Below, in pieces: positions 1-12,685 of a stretch of DNA of 64,000 nt. The notes beneath the pieces are model-generated. The model had not been told where the DNA came from. It worked only from the letters and a program-made list of their open reading frames with translations, and searched no databases. This stretch comes from Yuukianura sp. NJ FZ-2021. Its lineage: Eukaryota. The stretch lies in assembly GCA_046563655.1 (NCBI GenBank), contig CM102290.1:6200001-6264000 (forward strand), in the 5' to 3' direction. Every line of letters starts with the position of its first letter. The first letter of the stretch is position 1. The position numbers and the translations under genes were made by a program.

Positions 1-3000
1 CGGCATTGCTACGCGTGGGAGTTTTTCGAATGATTTGTTTTGAAATAAATTTTCATAAAATAAAGTCACGAGATGAGGGACGACACAGCAAGTGAAAGTG
101 GGTTCCTGTAGCCCTTTTTAAGAGGATTTCAAAAATATAGTTGACTTTTACCCAGCATCGTTCCGGAATGCATTTCTTTTGAATTCTTTGTTTTGAAACA
201 TCAATTTTCATAAATAAAGGTAACAAGATGACTGACGACACAGCAACTGAAAGTGGGTTCCTGTAGCACTTTTTATGAGGATTTCAAAAATGTAATTTAC
301 TTTCTGTTCATTCTCACATTTGCATTTTCATTCTCACAAATTTAAGTCGTTTTGCGTCAAAATGGTGCTCGACATTGCCCTGCGTGCCGTATACCAACCC
401 AACATAAAATCCTAGACAGAGCGGTTCATCCAGACTTTTAAGTACACGCTAACCGGATTTAATTGCGATATATCCACGATAATTAAACTTGGGTTCCTGT
501 AGTACTTTTCATGAAGATTTCAGAAAAGTAACTCATTTTCACGCGGCATCGCTACGCGTGGAAGTTTTTCGAATGATTTGTTTTGAGACAAATTTTCCTA
601 AAATAAAGTCACGAGATGAGGGACGACACAGCAAGTGAAAGTGGGATCCTGTAGCCCTTTTTATGAGGATTTCAAAAATATAGTGGACTTTTACCCAGCA
701 TCGTGCCGGAATGCATTTCTTTTGAATTCTTTGTTTTGAAACATAAATTTTCATAAATAAAGGTAACAAGATGAGGGACGACACAGCAAGTGAAAGTGGG
801 TTCCTGTAGCACTTTTTATGAGGATTTCAAAAATGTAATTTACTTTCTGTTCATTCTCACATTTGCATGTTCATTCTCACAAATTTAAGTCGTTTTGCGT
901 CAAAATGGTGCTCGACATTGCCCTGGGTGCCGTATACCAACCCAACATAAAATCCGAGACAGAGCGGTTCATCCAGACTTTTAAGTACACGCTAACCGGA
1001 TTTAATTGCGATATATCCACGATAATTAAACTTGGGTTCCTGTAGTACTTTTCATGAGGATTTCAGAAAAGTAACTCATTTTCACGCGGCATCGCTACGC
1101 GTGGAAGTTTTTCGAATGATTTGTTTTGAAACAAATTTTCATAAAATAGAGTCACGAGATGAGGGACGACACAGCAAGTGAAAGTGGGATCCTGTAGCCC
1201 TTTTATGAGGATTTCAAAAATATAGTGGACTTTTACCCAGCATCGTGCCGGAATGCATTTCTTTTGAATTCTTTGTTTTGAAACATAAATTTTCATAAAT
1301 AAAGGTAACAAGATGAGGGACGACACAGCAAGTGAAAGTGGGTTCCTGTAGCACTTTTTATGAGGATTTCAAAAATGTAATTTACTTTCTGTTCATTCTC
1401 ACATTTGCATGTTCATTCTCACAAATTTAAGTCGTTTTGCGTCAAAATGGTGCTCGACATTGCCCTGGGTGCCGTATACCAACCCAACATAAAATCCGAG
1501 ACAGAGCGGTTCATCCAGACTTTTAAGTACACGCTAACCGGATTTAATTGCGGTATATCCACGATAATTAAACTTGGGTTCCTGTAGTACTTTTCATGAG
1601 GATTTCAGAAAAGTAACTCATTTTCACGCGGCATCGCTACGCGTGGAAGTTTTTCGAATGATTTGTTTTGAAACAAATTTTCCTAAAATAAAGTCACGAG
1701 ATGAGGGACGACACAGCAAGTGAAAGTGGGATCCTGTAGCCCTTTTTATGAGGATTTCAAAAATATAGTGGACTTTTACCCAGCATCGTGCCGGAATGCA
1801 TTTCTTTTGAATTCTTTGTTTTGAAACATAAATTTTCATAAATAAAGGTAACAAGATGAGGGACGACACAGCAAGTGAAAGTGGGTTCCTGTAGCACTTT
1901 TTATGAGGATTTCAAAAATGTAATTTACTTTCTGTTCATTCTCACATTTGCATGTTCATTCTCACAAATTTAAGTCGTTTTGCGTCAAAATGGTGCTCGA
2001 CATTGCCCTGGGTGCCGTATACCAACCCAACATAAAATCCTAGACAGAGCGGTTCATCCAGACTTTTAAGTACACGCTAACCGGATTTAATTGCGATATA
2101 TCCACGATAATTAAACTTGGGTTCCTGTAGTACTTTTCATGAGGATTTCAGAAAAGTAACTCATTTTCACGCGGCATCGCTACGCGTGGAAGTTTTTCGA
2201 ATGATTTGTTTTGAAACAAATTTTCCTAAAATAAAGTCACGAGATGAGGGACGACACAGCAAGTGAAAGTGGGATCCTGTAGCCCTTTTTATGAGGATTT
2301 CAAAAATATAGTGGACTTTTACCCAGCATCGTGCCGGAATGCATTTCTTTTGAATTCTTTGTTTTGAAACATAAATTTTCATAAATAAAGGTAACAAGAT
2401 GAGGGACGACACAGCAAGTGAAAGTGGGTTCTTGTAGCACTTTTTATGAGGATTTCAAAAATGTAATTTACTTTCTGTTCATTCTCACATTTGCATGTTC
2501 ATTCTCACAAATTTAAGTCGTTTTGCGTCAAAATGGTGCTCGACATTGCCCTGGGTGCCGTATACCAACCCAACATAAAATCCTAGACAGAGCGGTTCAT
2601 CCAGACTTTTAAGTACACGCTAACCGGATTTAATTGCGATATATCCACGATAATTAAACTTGGGTTCCTGTAGTACTTTTCATGAGGATTTCAGAAAAGT
2701 AACTCATTTTCACGCGGCATCGCTACGCGTGGAAGTTTTTCGAATGATTTGTTTTGAAACAAATTTTCCTAAAATAAAGTCACGAGATGAGGGACGACAC
2801 AGCAAGTGAAAGTGGGATCCTGTAGCCCTTTTTATGAGGATTTCAAAAATATAGTGGACTTTTACCCAGCATCGTGCCGGAATGCATTTCTTTTGAATTC
2901 TTTGTTTTGAAACATAAATTTTCATAAATAAAGGTAACAAGATGAGGGACGACACAGCAAGTGAAAGTGGGTTCTTGTAGCACTTTTTATGAGGATTTCA

Positions 3001-6000
3001 AAAATGTAATTTACTTTCTGTTCATTCTCACATTTGCATGTTCATTCTCACAAATTTAAGTCGTTTTGCGTCAAAATGGTGCTCGACATTGCCCTGGGTG
3101 CCGTATACCAACCCAACATAAAATCCTAGACAGAGCGGTTCATCCAGACTTTTAAGTACACGCTAACCGGATTTAATTGCGATATATCCACGATAATTAA
3201 ACTTGGGTTCCTGTAGTACTTTTCATGAGGATTTCAGAAAAGTAACTCATTTTCACGCGGCATCGCTACGCGTGGAAGTTTTTCGAATGATTTGTTTTGA
3301 AACAAATTTTCCTAAAATAAAGTCACGAGATGAGGGACGACACAGCAAGTGAAAGTGGGATCCTGTAGCCCTTTTTATGAGGATTTCAAAAATATAGTGG
3401 ACTTTTACCCAGCATCGTGCCGGAATGCATTTCTTTTGAATTCTTTGTTTTGAAACATAAATTTTCATAAATAAAGGTAACAAGATGAGGGACGACACAG
3501 CAAGTGAAAGTGGGTTCTTGTAGCACTTTTTATGAGGATTTCAAAAATGTAATTTACTTTCTGTTCATTCTCACATTTGCATGTTCATTCTCACAAATTT
3601 AAGTCGTTTTGCGTCAAAATTGTGCTCGACATTGCCCTGGGTGCCGTATACCAACCCAACATAAAATCCGAGACAGAGCGGTTCATCCAGACTTTTAAGT
3701 ACACGCTAACCGGATTTAATTGCGGTATATCCACGATAATTAAACTTGGGTTCCTGTAGTACTTTTCATGAGGATTTCAGAAAAGTAACTCATTTTCACG
3801 CGGCATCGCTACGCGTGGAAGTTTTTCGAATGATTTGTTTTGAAACAAATTTTCCTAAAATAAAGTCACGAGATGAGGGACGACACAGCAAGTGAAATTG
3901 GGTTCCTGTAGCACTTTTTATGAGGATTTCAAAAATGTAATTTACTTTCTGTGCATTCTCACATTTGCATGTTCATTCTCACAAATTTAAGTCGTTTTGC
4001 GTCAAAATGGTGCTCGACATTGCCCTGGGTGCCGTATACCAACCCAACATAAAATCCGAGACAGAGCGGTTCATCCAGACTTTTAAGTACACGCTAACCG
4101 GATTTAATTGCGATATATCCACGATAATTAAACTTGGGTTCCTGTAGTACTTTTCATGAGGATTTCAGAAAAGTAACTCATTTTCACGCGGCATCGCTAC
4201 GCGTGGAAGTTTTTCGAATGATTTGTTTTGAAACAAATTTTCCTAAAATAAAGTCACGAGATGAGGGACGACACAGCAAGTGAAAGTGGGTTCCTGTAGC
4301 CCTTTTTATGAGGATTTCAAAAATATAGTTGACTTTTACCCAGCATCGTTCCGGAATGCATTTCTTTTGAATTCTTTGTTTTGAAACATGAATTTTCACA
4401 AATAAAGGTAACAAGATGACTGACGACACAGCAACTGAAAGTGGGTTCCTGTAGCACTTTTTATGGGGATTTCAAAAATGTAATTTACTTTCTGCTCATT
4501 CTCACATTTGCATGTTCATTCTCACAAATTTAAGTCGTTTTGCGTCAAAATGGTGCTCGACATTGCCCTGGGTGCCGTATACCAACCCAACATAAAATCC
4601 GAGACAGAGCGGTTCATCCAGACTTTTAAGTACACGCTAACCGGATCTAATTGCGATATATCCACGATAATTAAACTTGGGTTCCTGTAGTACTTTTCAG
4701 GAGGATTTCAGAAAAGTAACTCATTTTCACACGGCATTGCTACGCGTGGGAGTTTTCGAATGATTTGTTTTGAAATAAATTTTCATAACATAAAGTCACG
4801 AGATGAGGGACGACACAGCAAGTGAAAGTGGGTTCCTGTAGCCCTTTTTATGAGGATTTCAAAAATATAGTGGACTTTTACCCAGCATCGTGCCGGAATG
4901 CATTTCTTTTGAATTCTTTGTTTTGAAACATAATTTTTCATAAATAAAGGTAACAAGATGAGGGACGACGCAGCAAGTGAAAGTGGGTTCCTGTAGCACT
5001 TTTTATGATGATTTCAAAAATGTAATTTACTTTCTGTTCATTCTCACATTTGCATGTTCATTCTCACAAATTTAAGTCGTTTTGCGTCAAAATGGTGCTC
5101 GACATTGCCCTGGGTGCCGTATACCAACCCAAGAGAAAATCCGAGACAGAGCGATTCATCCAGACTTTTAAGTACACGCTAACCGGATTTAATTGCGATA
5201 TATCCACGATAATTAAACTTGGGTTCCTGTAGTACTTTTCAGGAGGATTTCAGAAAAGTAACTCATTTTCACCCGGCATTGCTACGCGTGGGAGTTTTTC
5301 GAATGATTTGTTTTGAAATAAATTTTCATAAAATAAAGTCACGAGATGAGGGACGACACAGCAAGTGAAAGTGGGTTCCTGTAGCCCTTTTTATGAGGAT
5401 TTCAAAAATATAGTGGACTTTTACCCAGCATCGTGCCGGAATGCATTTCTTTTGAATTCTTTGTTTTGAAACATAATTTTTCATAAATAAAGGTAACAAG
5501 ATGAGGGACGACGCAGCAAGTGAAAGTGGGTTCCTGTAGCACTTTTTATGATGATTTCAAAAATGTAATTTTCTTTCTGTTCATTCTCACATTTGCATGT
5601 TCATTCTCACAAATTTAAGTCGTTTTGCGTCAAAATGGTGCTCGACATTGCCCTGAGTGCCGTATACCAACCCATGATAAAATCCGAGACACAGCGATTC
5701 ATCCAGACTTTTAAGTACACGCTAACCGGATTTAATTGCGATATATCCACGATAATTAAACTTGGGTTCCTGTAGTACTTTTCAGGAGGATTTCAGAAAA
5801 GTAACTCATTTTCACCCGGCATTGCTACGCGTGGGAGTTTTTCGAATGATTTGTTTTGAAATAAATTTTCATAAAATAAAGTCACGAGATGAGGGACGAC
5901 ACAGCAAGTGAAAATGGGTTCCTGTAGCCCTTTTTATGAGGATTTCAAAAATATAGTTGACTTTTAGCCAACATCGTTCCGGAATGCATTTCTTTTGAAT

Positions 6001-7982
6001 TCTTTGTTTTGAAACATGAATTTTCATAAATAAAGGTAACAAAATGAGGGACGACACAGCAAGTGAAAGTGGGTTCCTGTAGCACTTTTTATGAGGATTT
6101 CAAAAATGTAATTTACTTTCTGTTCATTCTCACATTTGCATGTTCATTCTCACAAATTTAAGTCGTTTTGCGTCAAAATGGTGCTCGACATTGCCCTGGG
6201 TGCCGTATACCAACCCAAGATAAAATCCGAGACAGAGCGGTTCATCCAGACTTTTAAGTACACGCTAACCGGATTTAATTGCGATATATCCACGATAATT
6301 AAACTTGGGTTCCTGTAGTACTTTTCAGGAGGATTTCAGAAAAGTAACTCATTTTCACCCGGCATTGCTACGCGTGGGAGTTTTTCGAATGATTTGTTTT
6401 GAAATAAATTTTCATAAAATAAAGTCACGAGATGAGGGACGACACAGCAAGTGAAAATGGGTTCCTGTAGCCCTTTTTATGAGGATTTCAAAAATATAGT
6501 TGACTTTTAGCCAACATCGTTCCGGAATGCATTTCTTTTGAATTCTTTGTTTTGAAACATGAATTTTCATAAATAAAGGTAACAAAATGAGGGACGACAC
6601 AGCAAGTGAAAGTGGGTTCCTGTAGCACTTTTTATGAGGATTTCAAAAATGTAATTTACTTTCTGTTCATTCTCACATTTGCATGTTCATTCTCACAAAT
6701 TTAAGTCGTTTTGCGTCAAAATGGTGCTCGACATTGCCCTGGGTGCCGTATACCAACCCAAGATAAAATCCGAGACAGAGCGGTTCATCCAGACTTTTAA
6801 GTACACGCTAACCGGATTTAATTGCGATATATCCACGATAATTAAACTTGGGTTCCTGTAGTACTTTTCAGGAGGATTTCAGAAAAGTAACTCATTTTCA
6901 CACGGCATTGCTACGCGTGGGAGTTTTTCGAATGATTTGTTTTGAAATAAATTTTCATAAAATAAAGTCACGAGATGAGGGACGACACAGCAAGTGAAAA
7001 TGGGTTCCTGTAGCCCTTTTTATGAGGATTTCAAAAATATAGTTGACTTTTAGCCAACATCGTTCCGGAATGCATTTCTTTTGAATTCTTTGTTTTGAAA
7101 CATGAATTTTCATAAATAAAGGTAACAAAATGAGGGACGACACAGCAAGTGAAAGTGGTTTCCTGTAGCACTTTTTATGAGGATTTCAAAAATGTAATTT
7201 ACTTTCTGTTCATTCTCACATTTGCATGTTCATTCTCACAAATTTAAGTCGTTTTGCGTCAAAATGGTGCTCGACATTGCCCTGGGTGCCGTATACCAAC
7301 CCAAGATAAAATCCGAGACAGAGCGGTTCATCCAGACTTTTAAGTACACGCTAACCGGATTTAATTGCGATATATCCACGATAATTAAACTTGGGTTCCT
7401 GTAGTACTTTTCAGGAGGATTTCAGAAAAGTAACTCATTTTCACCCGGCATTGCTACGCGTGGGAGTTTTTCGAATTTTTTGTTTTGATATAAATTTTCA
7501 TAAAATAAAGTCACGAGATGAGGGACGACACAGCAAGTGAAAGTGGGTTCCTGTAGCCCTTTTTATGAGGATTTCAAAAATATAGTGGACTTTTACCCAG
7601 CATCGTGCCGGAATGCATTTCTTTTGAATTCTTTGTTTTGAAACATAAACATTTTCATAAATAAAGGTAACAAGATGAGGGACGACACAGCAAGTGAAAT
7701 TGGGTTCCTGTAGCACTTTTTATGAGGATTTCAAAAATGTAATTTACTTTCTGTTCATTCTCACATTTGCATGTTCATTCTCACAAATTTAAGTCGTTTT
7801 GCGTCAAAATGGTGCTCGACATTGCCCTGGGTGCCGTATACCAACCCAAGATAAAATCCGAGACAGAGCGGTTCATCCAGACTTTTAAGTACACGCTAAC
7901 CGGATTTAATTGCGATATATCCACGATAATTAAACTTGGGTTCCTGTAGTACTTTTCAGGAGGATTTCAGAAAAGTAACTCA
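1..7982. repeat. Satellite array, ~543-bp monomer (~15 copies), block 1
   Basis: Near-identical sequence recurs every 542-545 bp. Each monomer has three related subunits (~155/236/152 bp) sharing GGGTTCCTGTAG...GAGGATTTCA. One monomer near 3850-3900 lacks a 155-bp subunit. Confidence 0.98.
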
Positions 7983-8825
7983 GTCAAAAGCGTTGCGGTC
8001 ACTTGGGACACGCTCAAACGAAGCTTCATCGCCAACTGCCCAAAAGACGAAGTTGAGCGAGAATTACAACTCTACGACGTAGGTGATCATCCGCAAGAGC
8101 TCGGCGAAGGAGCATTGGCCTATATTTTTCGGATCCGGACTAGATTTGGCGAAAACTGGGGCAAGATGGCTGAAGAACATGCTGTAGAAGCTATTGTTAA
8201 ACACATGCTGCCGCCAATCCGACGCTACCTCCAGTACCGAGGTGTGCCAGCAAATTGGGCCGATTTGGTGAAAATGACCGGAGAATACGAAGGCAAAGGG
8301 ATGAAGGAAATCGATGACCTTAGTCCTTCGGCTGTTAAAGCTACTGTTTCGAAAACCAGCGTAGAGGAAAGTGACATTGCTAAACTGGCAAAAGCACTGG
8401 AGAATTTGCCAATACTCGCGGACTTAACCGTGAAAATAACAAATTTGGAGAGGTCAGTGAAAGCGGTAACGGACCGACAGAACGACAGAAATGGCCCAGC
8501 TCAAACCGCTCCTAGACCACAGAGGGGTCAAGGTCAACCCAGACCCTACGACAATCGTAGCTGCTTCATCTGTAAGAAACGAGGTCATCTGGCGGCAAGG
8601 TGTTACTACAACAGAGCCAACGACGGCAGAGCACAGAACCAGCGTAGCGGAGGGCCAAGCTATCAAAGCCCGCGGAACGGCAGAGAAAGTAACGGTCAGT
8701 GGGGTTCCAGATACAACTCCCCCCCGAATTACGGTGGATTTTACCAACAACGAGCAAACGGAAATCAAAATTCCGGGCAGGGAAACTTCCAAGGGCGAGC
8801 CGCCCAGGGCTCGCCTCAACAGTAA
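7983..8825 (+). pseudogene. gag: Gag, C-terminal part (5'-truncated)
   Basis: CCHC knuckle CFICKKRGHLAARC, G/Q/N-rich tail, directly upstream of pol; N-terminus replaced by satellite. Confidence 0.88.
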
Positions 8826-11800
8826 CGGGGGCAGTAACACACTCTCCAAATCTTGGAAACAGGACTGATCAAAGGGAACAACCGGAAAAATTCAAATTTA
8901 AAATTCCAAACACCAGAGAAATCAAAATTCATAGTGTGGCCGGAAATGAAGGTGGATCGAAGGTAGAAGTTAAGATAAAAATCGGAAGCCGGGACATAGT
9001 TGCCGTTATTGACTCGGGATCTCCTTTGTGCATCATCAAGGCCTCTCTAGCGGAAGGATTCAGGAAAATTCCAAACACTGTGGCAAGATTAAATCAGTTA
9101 CAAGGAAAATTGAAGGACAAGGGCGTCGTGTTCGCTCCAATCGAGTTTGGAATGCTGAGAGTAGATTACCCTTGCATTGCCATTGATGACATCGAAGACG
9201 ACTTACTAATTGGCGAAGATTTTCTAGAGAAATTTCTTATTCACATGGATCCCGAAGCAAGAATGTGTAGGTCACAAAGAACAGGAAATGTGCCCTACGT
9301 TTCACAGAAAGTTGACCTTTGGAGCCATCATGGTATCTACATTGATCAAGCGGAACAGAGAGAAATCCCAAATACCAGGCCTCGGATTCTTAGAATTCGA
9401 GCGGCCGAGAAAACAAAAATTCCAGCACGATCAAGGATCCTTCTGCCAATTCAACCAACGGGGCTAAGGTCAAATGAAGAATGCATTTTAAATGGATCGG
9501 AGAAAATTTACAAAAGTTGCCGCTTACTTATTCCAAGGATGCTGATCAATGGCGAAACACGAGCCATCGTGGTGACTAATCCAACAGAGGAAGATTCATT
9601 CATCAACAAGGACACAATTTTGGGAACGGAAATCGAGAAGGTTGAGTATGAAGATTTGACATCGAGGCCACAGGAAAAATCTAGAATTCGTGTCAACCGC
9701 ATTTCGATTGAGGACGAACTGAAACTGGACATCAACCCTGAACTCGACAAAGAAGACAAGAGAAAGTTGCTTGATGTGATACGGAAACATGAAAAAGCTT
9801 TCTCCTGGAATAGTCAAAGCATGGGAAGGACCGGACGTTTGAAATTTAAGATCAACACGGGTGACCATCCGCCAAAGCGAATAAGACCATACCCAGCGTC
9901 GGAGAAAGTCAGAGAAGAAATTCGGAAGGAAGTTAAAAGAATGATGGAACTGGACCTCATCGAGCCAAGTTCATCACCATGGTCAAGCCCAGTTCACATG
10001 GTAGCCAAAAAGGACAGCACTGCGAAACGATTCACGACAGACTTCCGGTTTCTGAATTCTATTACAACCAACGTCACGGCGTACCCCTTGCCTAGAATCG
10101 AAGATATCCTGTCCAGCCTAAGGAATGCAAAATTTATCACCGTGATGGATTTATACGCTGGATTTTGGCAGATCGAACTGGATGACAACGACAAAGAAAA
10201 AACAGCTTTTGCTACACCGGAAGGGCTATTCCAGTACAAAGTGCTACCGATGGGCATTGCTGGAGCACCTGGTCATTTTAGCAAACTAATGGACGTAATT
10301 TTAGCAGGCCTCAAACCGGAAGTAGTTGCATCTTACGTCGACGATTTGATTATCCACAGTCTCACAATTGACGAACATGTTGAGAAATTGGACAAGGTTC
10401 TATCCAGAATCGAAGATGAAGGCTTGACCCTTCAACCGAAGAAGTGCCACGTTGGATACCGGGAAACCAGGGTCCTCGGATTCGTCGTGGGGAATGGGGG
10501 AATCAAGATGGATGAAAGTGTACTGGCTGGAGTTAAGGACCTCCCCACACCCACCAAGGTCAAGAAGTTACAGCAGGCGCTAGGATTGTTCAATCATTAC
10601 AGAAGATTCATCCCCGGATATGCTCAAAAAATGGCGCCATTGTACAATCTTTTGAAAAAAGACGCAAAATTCCAGTGGGGAAAGGACGAGGAAGATGCTT
10701 TCACCTTTGCAAAAGAGGCCCTCGTATCAGAACCGATACTTGCCTTATTTCAACCAGGACTGGAGACTCGACTTCAGACAGATGCAAGCACAGTGGGCAT
10801 TGGAGCAACGCTGACACAAATTCAGAAAGACGGGGCTGAAAAACCAGTAGCATTCATAAGCAGGACGCTGACCAACGCGGAACAGCGATGGACCACAACG
10901 GAACAGGAACTTCTAGCAATTGTATTTGGACTAAAGAAGCTCAAGCAATTCCTGGACGGCCATCCAGTGAAAATTTATACTGACCATCATGCTTTATGTT
11001 GGATTTTGCAAGCAAAAAAGGAAGAAATCAGTCCAAAATTGACTCGGATGGCGATCAAATTATCTGAATTTGACATAACAGGAATCTACTACATCAAAGG
11101 AAAGAACAACCATGTTCCGGACGCTCTGTCTAGATGCCCATGCGTCCCAAAAGATCCGATCCAGCAGGAGAAAGCGACAAAAAACCGGAAACCAGAAGAA
11201 GTCCGAATCATGTCAATAAGACCCGAGACCTTAGCAGAGTTGCAGAAGCGTAACACCAAAATGGAAGCAATTCGTAAGAAAATCTCGGATGAAAACGGAA
11301 TTCATTATCGGATTATCAACGACATCCTATATTTTTTGGACGGAAGTGGCGTAACTAAGCCTTGCATTCCAGAGGAACTGCAGGACGAAGTCCTAGCTTC
11401 CTGCCATGACGACCCTCTGAGTGGCCACCTTGGATTTACGAAGACTTATGACCGTGTCAGAGGACGCTATTTTTGGCCAAAATTGAAGAAAAGTGTCTAT
11501 CAATTTGTGACGTCATGCCACGAGTGCCAGCTAAGAAAAATTCCAAGGAGAAAGCCTTACGGAGAAATGCAGTTTATTCCAGTACCGGACCAAGCATTCG
11601 ACCACATCCAAATTGATGTGATGGGGCCATTTAATAGGTCAGCTAAAGGAAATAAGTACGTAGTCACCGCAGTGGACTACCTGACGAAGTGGATAGAAGC
11701 GAAGGCCCTTAGAAATGCGGACACGCTCGAATTGGCAAAATTTCTGGTGGACCAAGTGATTTGTCGCCACGGCTGCCCAAGGGTCATCCAAAGTGATCAA

Positions 11801-12685
11801 GGAAGCATCCTGACAAGCGATCTTTTCAAAAACATCAACCATCTGCTAGGAATTGACCACAACAAGAGCACAGCTTATCATCCTCAATCTCAAGGGCTCG
11901 TGGAAAAGTCACATTCAACATTGACAGACTGCATTTCTATGTACGTTAGCTCTAATCAGAAGGATTGGGACATTTTTCTACCACATTTGGTCTTCGCTTA
12001 TAATACTTCAACTCAAAAGACCACGAGAGTGTCACCGTTCTTCCTAATGTACGGTCGAGAAGCTAAACTACCAGCTTTAGCGCTACTACCGGAATACACA
12101 GCATGCCAAGAGGTCGACGACCTTCATAAGAGGATTTCTGATGCCAGACTGCTAGCGAAAGCACACATCGAGGAGGAGCAAGAAAAATACGCCAAAAGGG
12201 TCAACTCAAAATTGACGCCGCCTCCGGAGTTTGAAATTGGATCCGAAGTCGTCATTCGAAAATTTGCAAAGAAGAAAGGACTTTCAGTTAAACTCATGGA
12301 GTATTTCAGTGGACCCTACAGGGTGATGGAAAAGAGGTCACCAGTTAATTATGTCGTAGAATATGGAGATGGTAAGACGAAACATCGCAAAACTGTCCAC
12401 GTCGACAAAATGAAACCATATTCAAGAAGGGAAGAAAATGAATTGCATTCTGCCCAACCTAATCAGGCCAACAATTCCGTTTGCAATGCTCAAGGAACAT
12501 CGGAAAATCTAAAAACTCCGAACGAGGCAAATTCCAAAAAATTGCCGAAGAGAGGCAAGAAGGAGCATATTTCAACGCCAGTAGAAGCTTCAGAGGAACC
12601 TCAGTGTCGTTATAACTTGCGCAGCAGAAGACCTAATAAAAACCAAGCACAAAATGAATCGGCCAACCAGGTTTGGGAGTTTTGA
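8699..12685 (+). CDS. pol: Gypsy Pol polyprotein (protease, RT, RNase H, integrase), expressed via frameshift
   Basis: VIDSGS protease, YVDD RT, TDAS RNase H, HHCC zinc finger, IDVMGP/SDQG/VEKS DDE integrase, GPY motif; uninterrupted. Confidence 0.97.
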   Translation: MGFQIQLPPELRWILPTTSKRKSKFRAGKLPRASRPGLASTVTGAVTHSPNLGNRTDQREQPEKFKFKIPNTREIKIHSVAGNEGGSKVEVKIKIGSRDIVAVIDSGSPLCIIKASLAEGFRKIPNTVARLNQLQGKLKDKGVVFAPIEFGMLRVDYPCIAIDDIEDDLLIGEDFLEKFLIHMDPEARMCRSQRTGNVPYVSQKVDLWSHHGIYIDQAEQREIPNTRPRILRIRAAEKTKIPARSRILLPIQPTGLRSNEECILNGSEKIYKSCRLLIPRMLINGETRAIVVTNPTEEDSFINKDTILGTEIEKVEYEDLTSRPQEKSRIRVNRISIEDELKLDINPELDKEDKRKLLDVIRKHEKAFSWNSQSMGRTGRLKFKINTGDHPPKRIRPYPASEKVREEIRKEVKRMMELDLIEPSSSPWSSPVHMVAKKDSTAKRFTTDFRFLNSITTNVTAYPLPRIEDILSSLRNAKFITVMDLYAGFWQIELDDNDKEKTAFATPEGLFQYKVLPMGIAGAPGHFSKLMDVILAGLKPEVVASYVDDLIIHSLTIDEHVEKLDKVLSRIEDEGLTLQPKKCHVGYRETRVLGFVVGNGGIKMDESVLAGVKDLPTPTKVKKLQQALGLFNHYRRFIPGYAQKMAPLYNLLKKDAKFQWGKDEEDAFTFAKEALVSEPILALFQPGLETRLQTDASTVGIGATLTQIQKDGAEKPVAFISRTLTNAEQRWTTTEQELLAIVFGLKKLKQFLDGHPVKIYTDHHALCWILQAKKEEISPKLTRMAIKLSEFDITGIYYIKGKNNHVPDALSRCPCVPKDPIQQEKATKNRKPEEVRIMSIRPETLAELQKRNTKMEAIRKKISDENGIHYRIINDILYFLDGSGVTKPCIPEELQDEVLASCHDDPLSGHLGFTKTYDRVRGRYFWPKLKKSVYQFVTSCHECQLRKIPRRKPYGEMQFIPVPDQAFDHIQIDVMGPFNRSAKGNKYVVTAVDYLTKWIEAKALRNADTLELAKFLVDQVICRHGCPRVIQSDQGSILTSDLFKNINHLLGIDHNKSTAYHPQSQGLVEKSHSTLTDCISMYVSSNQKDWDIFLPHLVFAYNTSTQKTTRVSPFFLMYGREAKLPALALLPEYTACQEVDDLHKRISDARLLAKAHIEEEQEKYAKRVNSKLTPPPEFEIGSEVVIRKFAKKKGLSVKLMEYFSGPYRVMEKRSPVNYVVEYGDGKTKHRKTVHVDKMKPYSRREENELHSAQPNQANNSVCNAQGTSENLKTPNEANSKKLPKRGKKEHISTPVEASEEPQCRYNLRSRRPNKNQAQNESANQVWEF
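8780..8832 (+). other. -1 ribosomal frameshift signal (G GGA AAC + putative pseudoknot), element 1
   Basis: Slippery heptamer 8780-8786 in gag phase and pol in the -1 frame. Stem GGCGAGCC/GGCTCGCC whose loop GCCC can pair with downstream GGGC. Confidence 0.75.

Noticed and set aside
1..7982. CRISPR-like repeat/spacer appearance of the conserved GGGTTCCTGTAG boxes
   Set aside because: The intervening sequences are themselves repeated, there are no cas genes and the context is eukaryotic.
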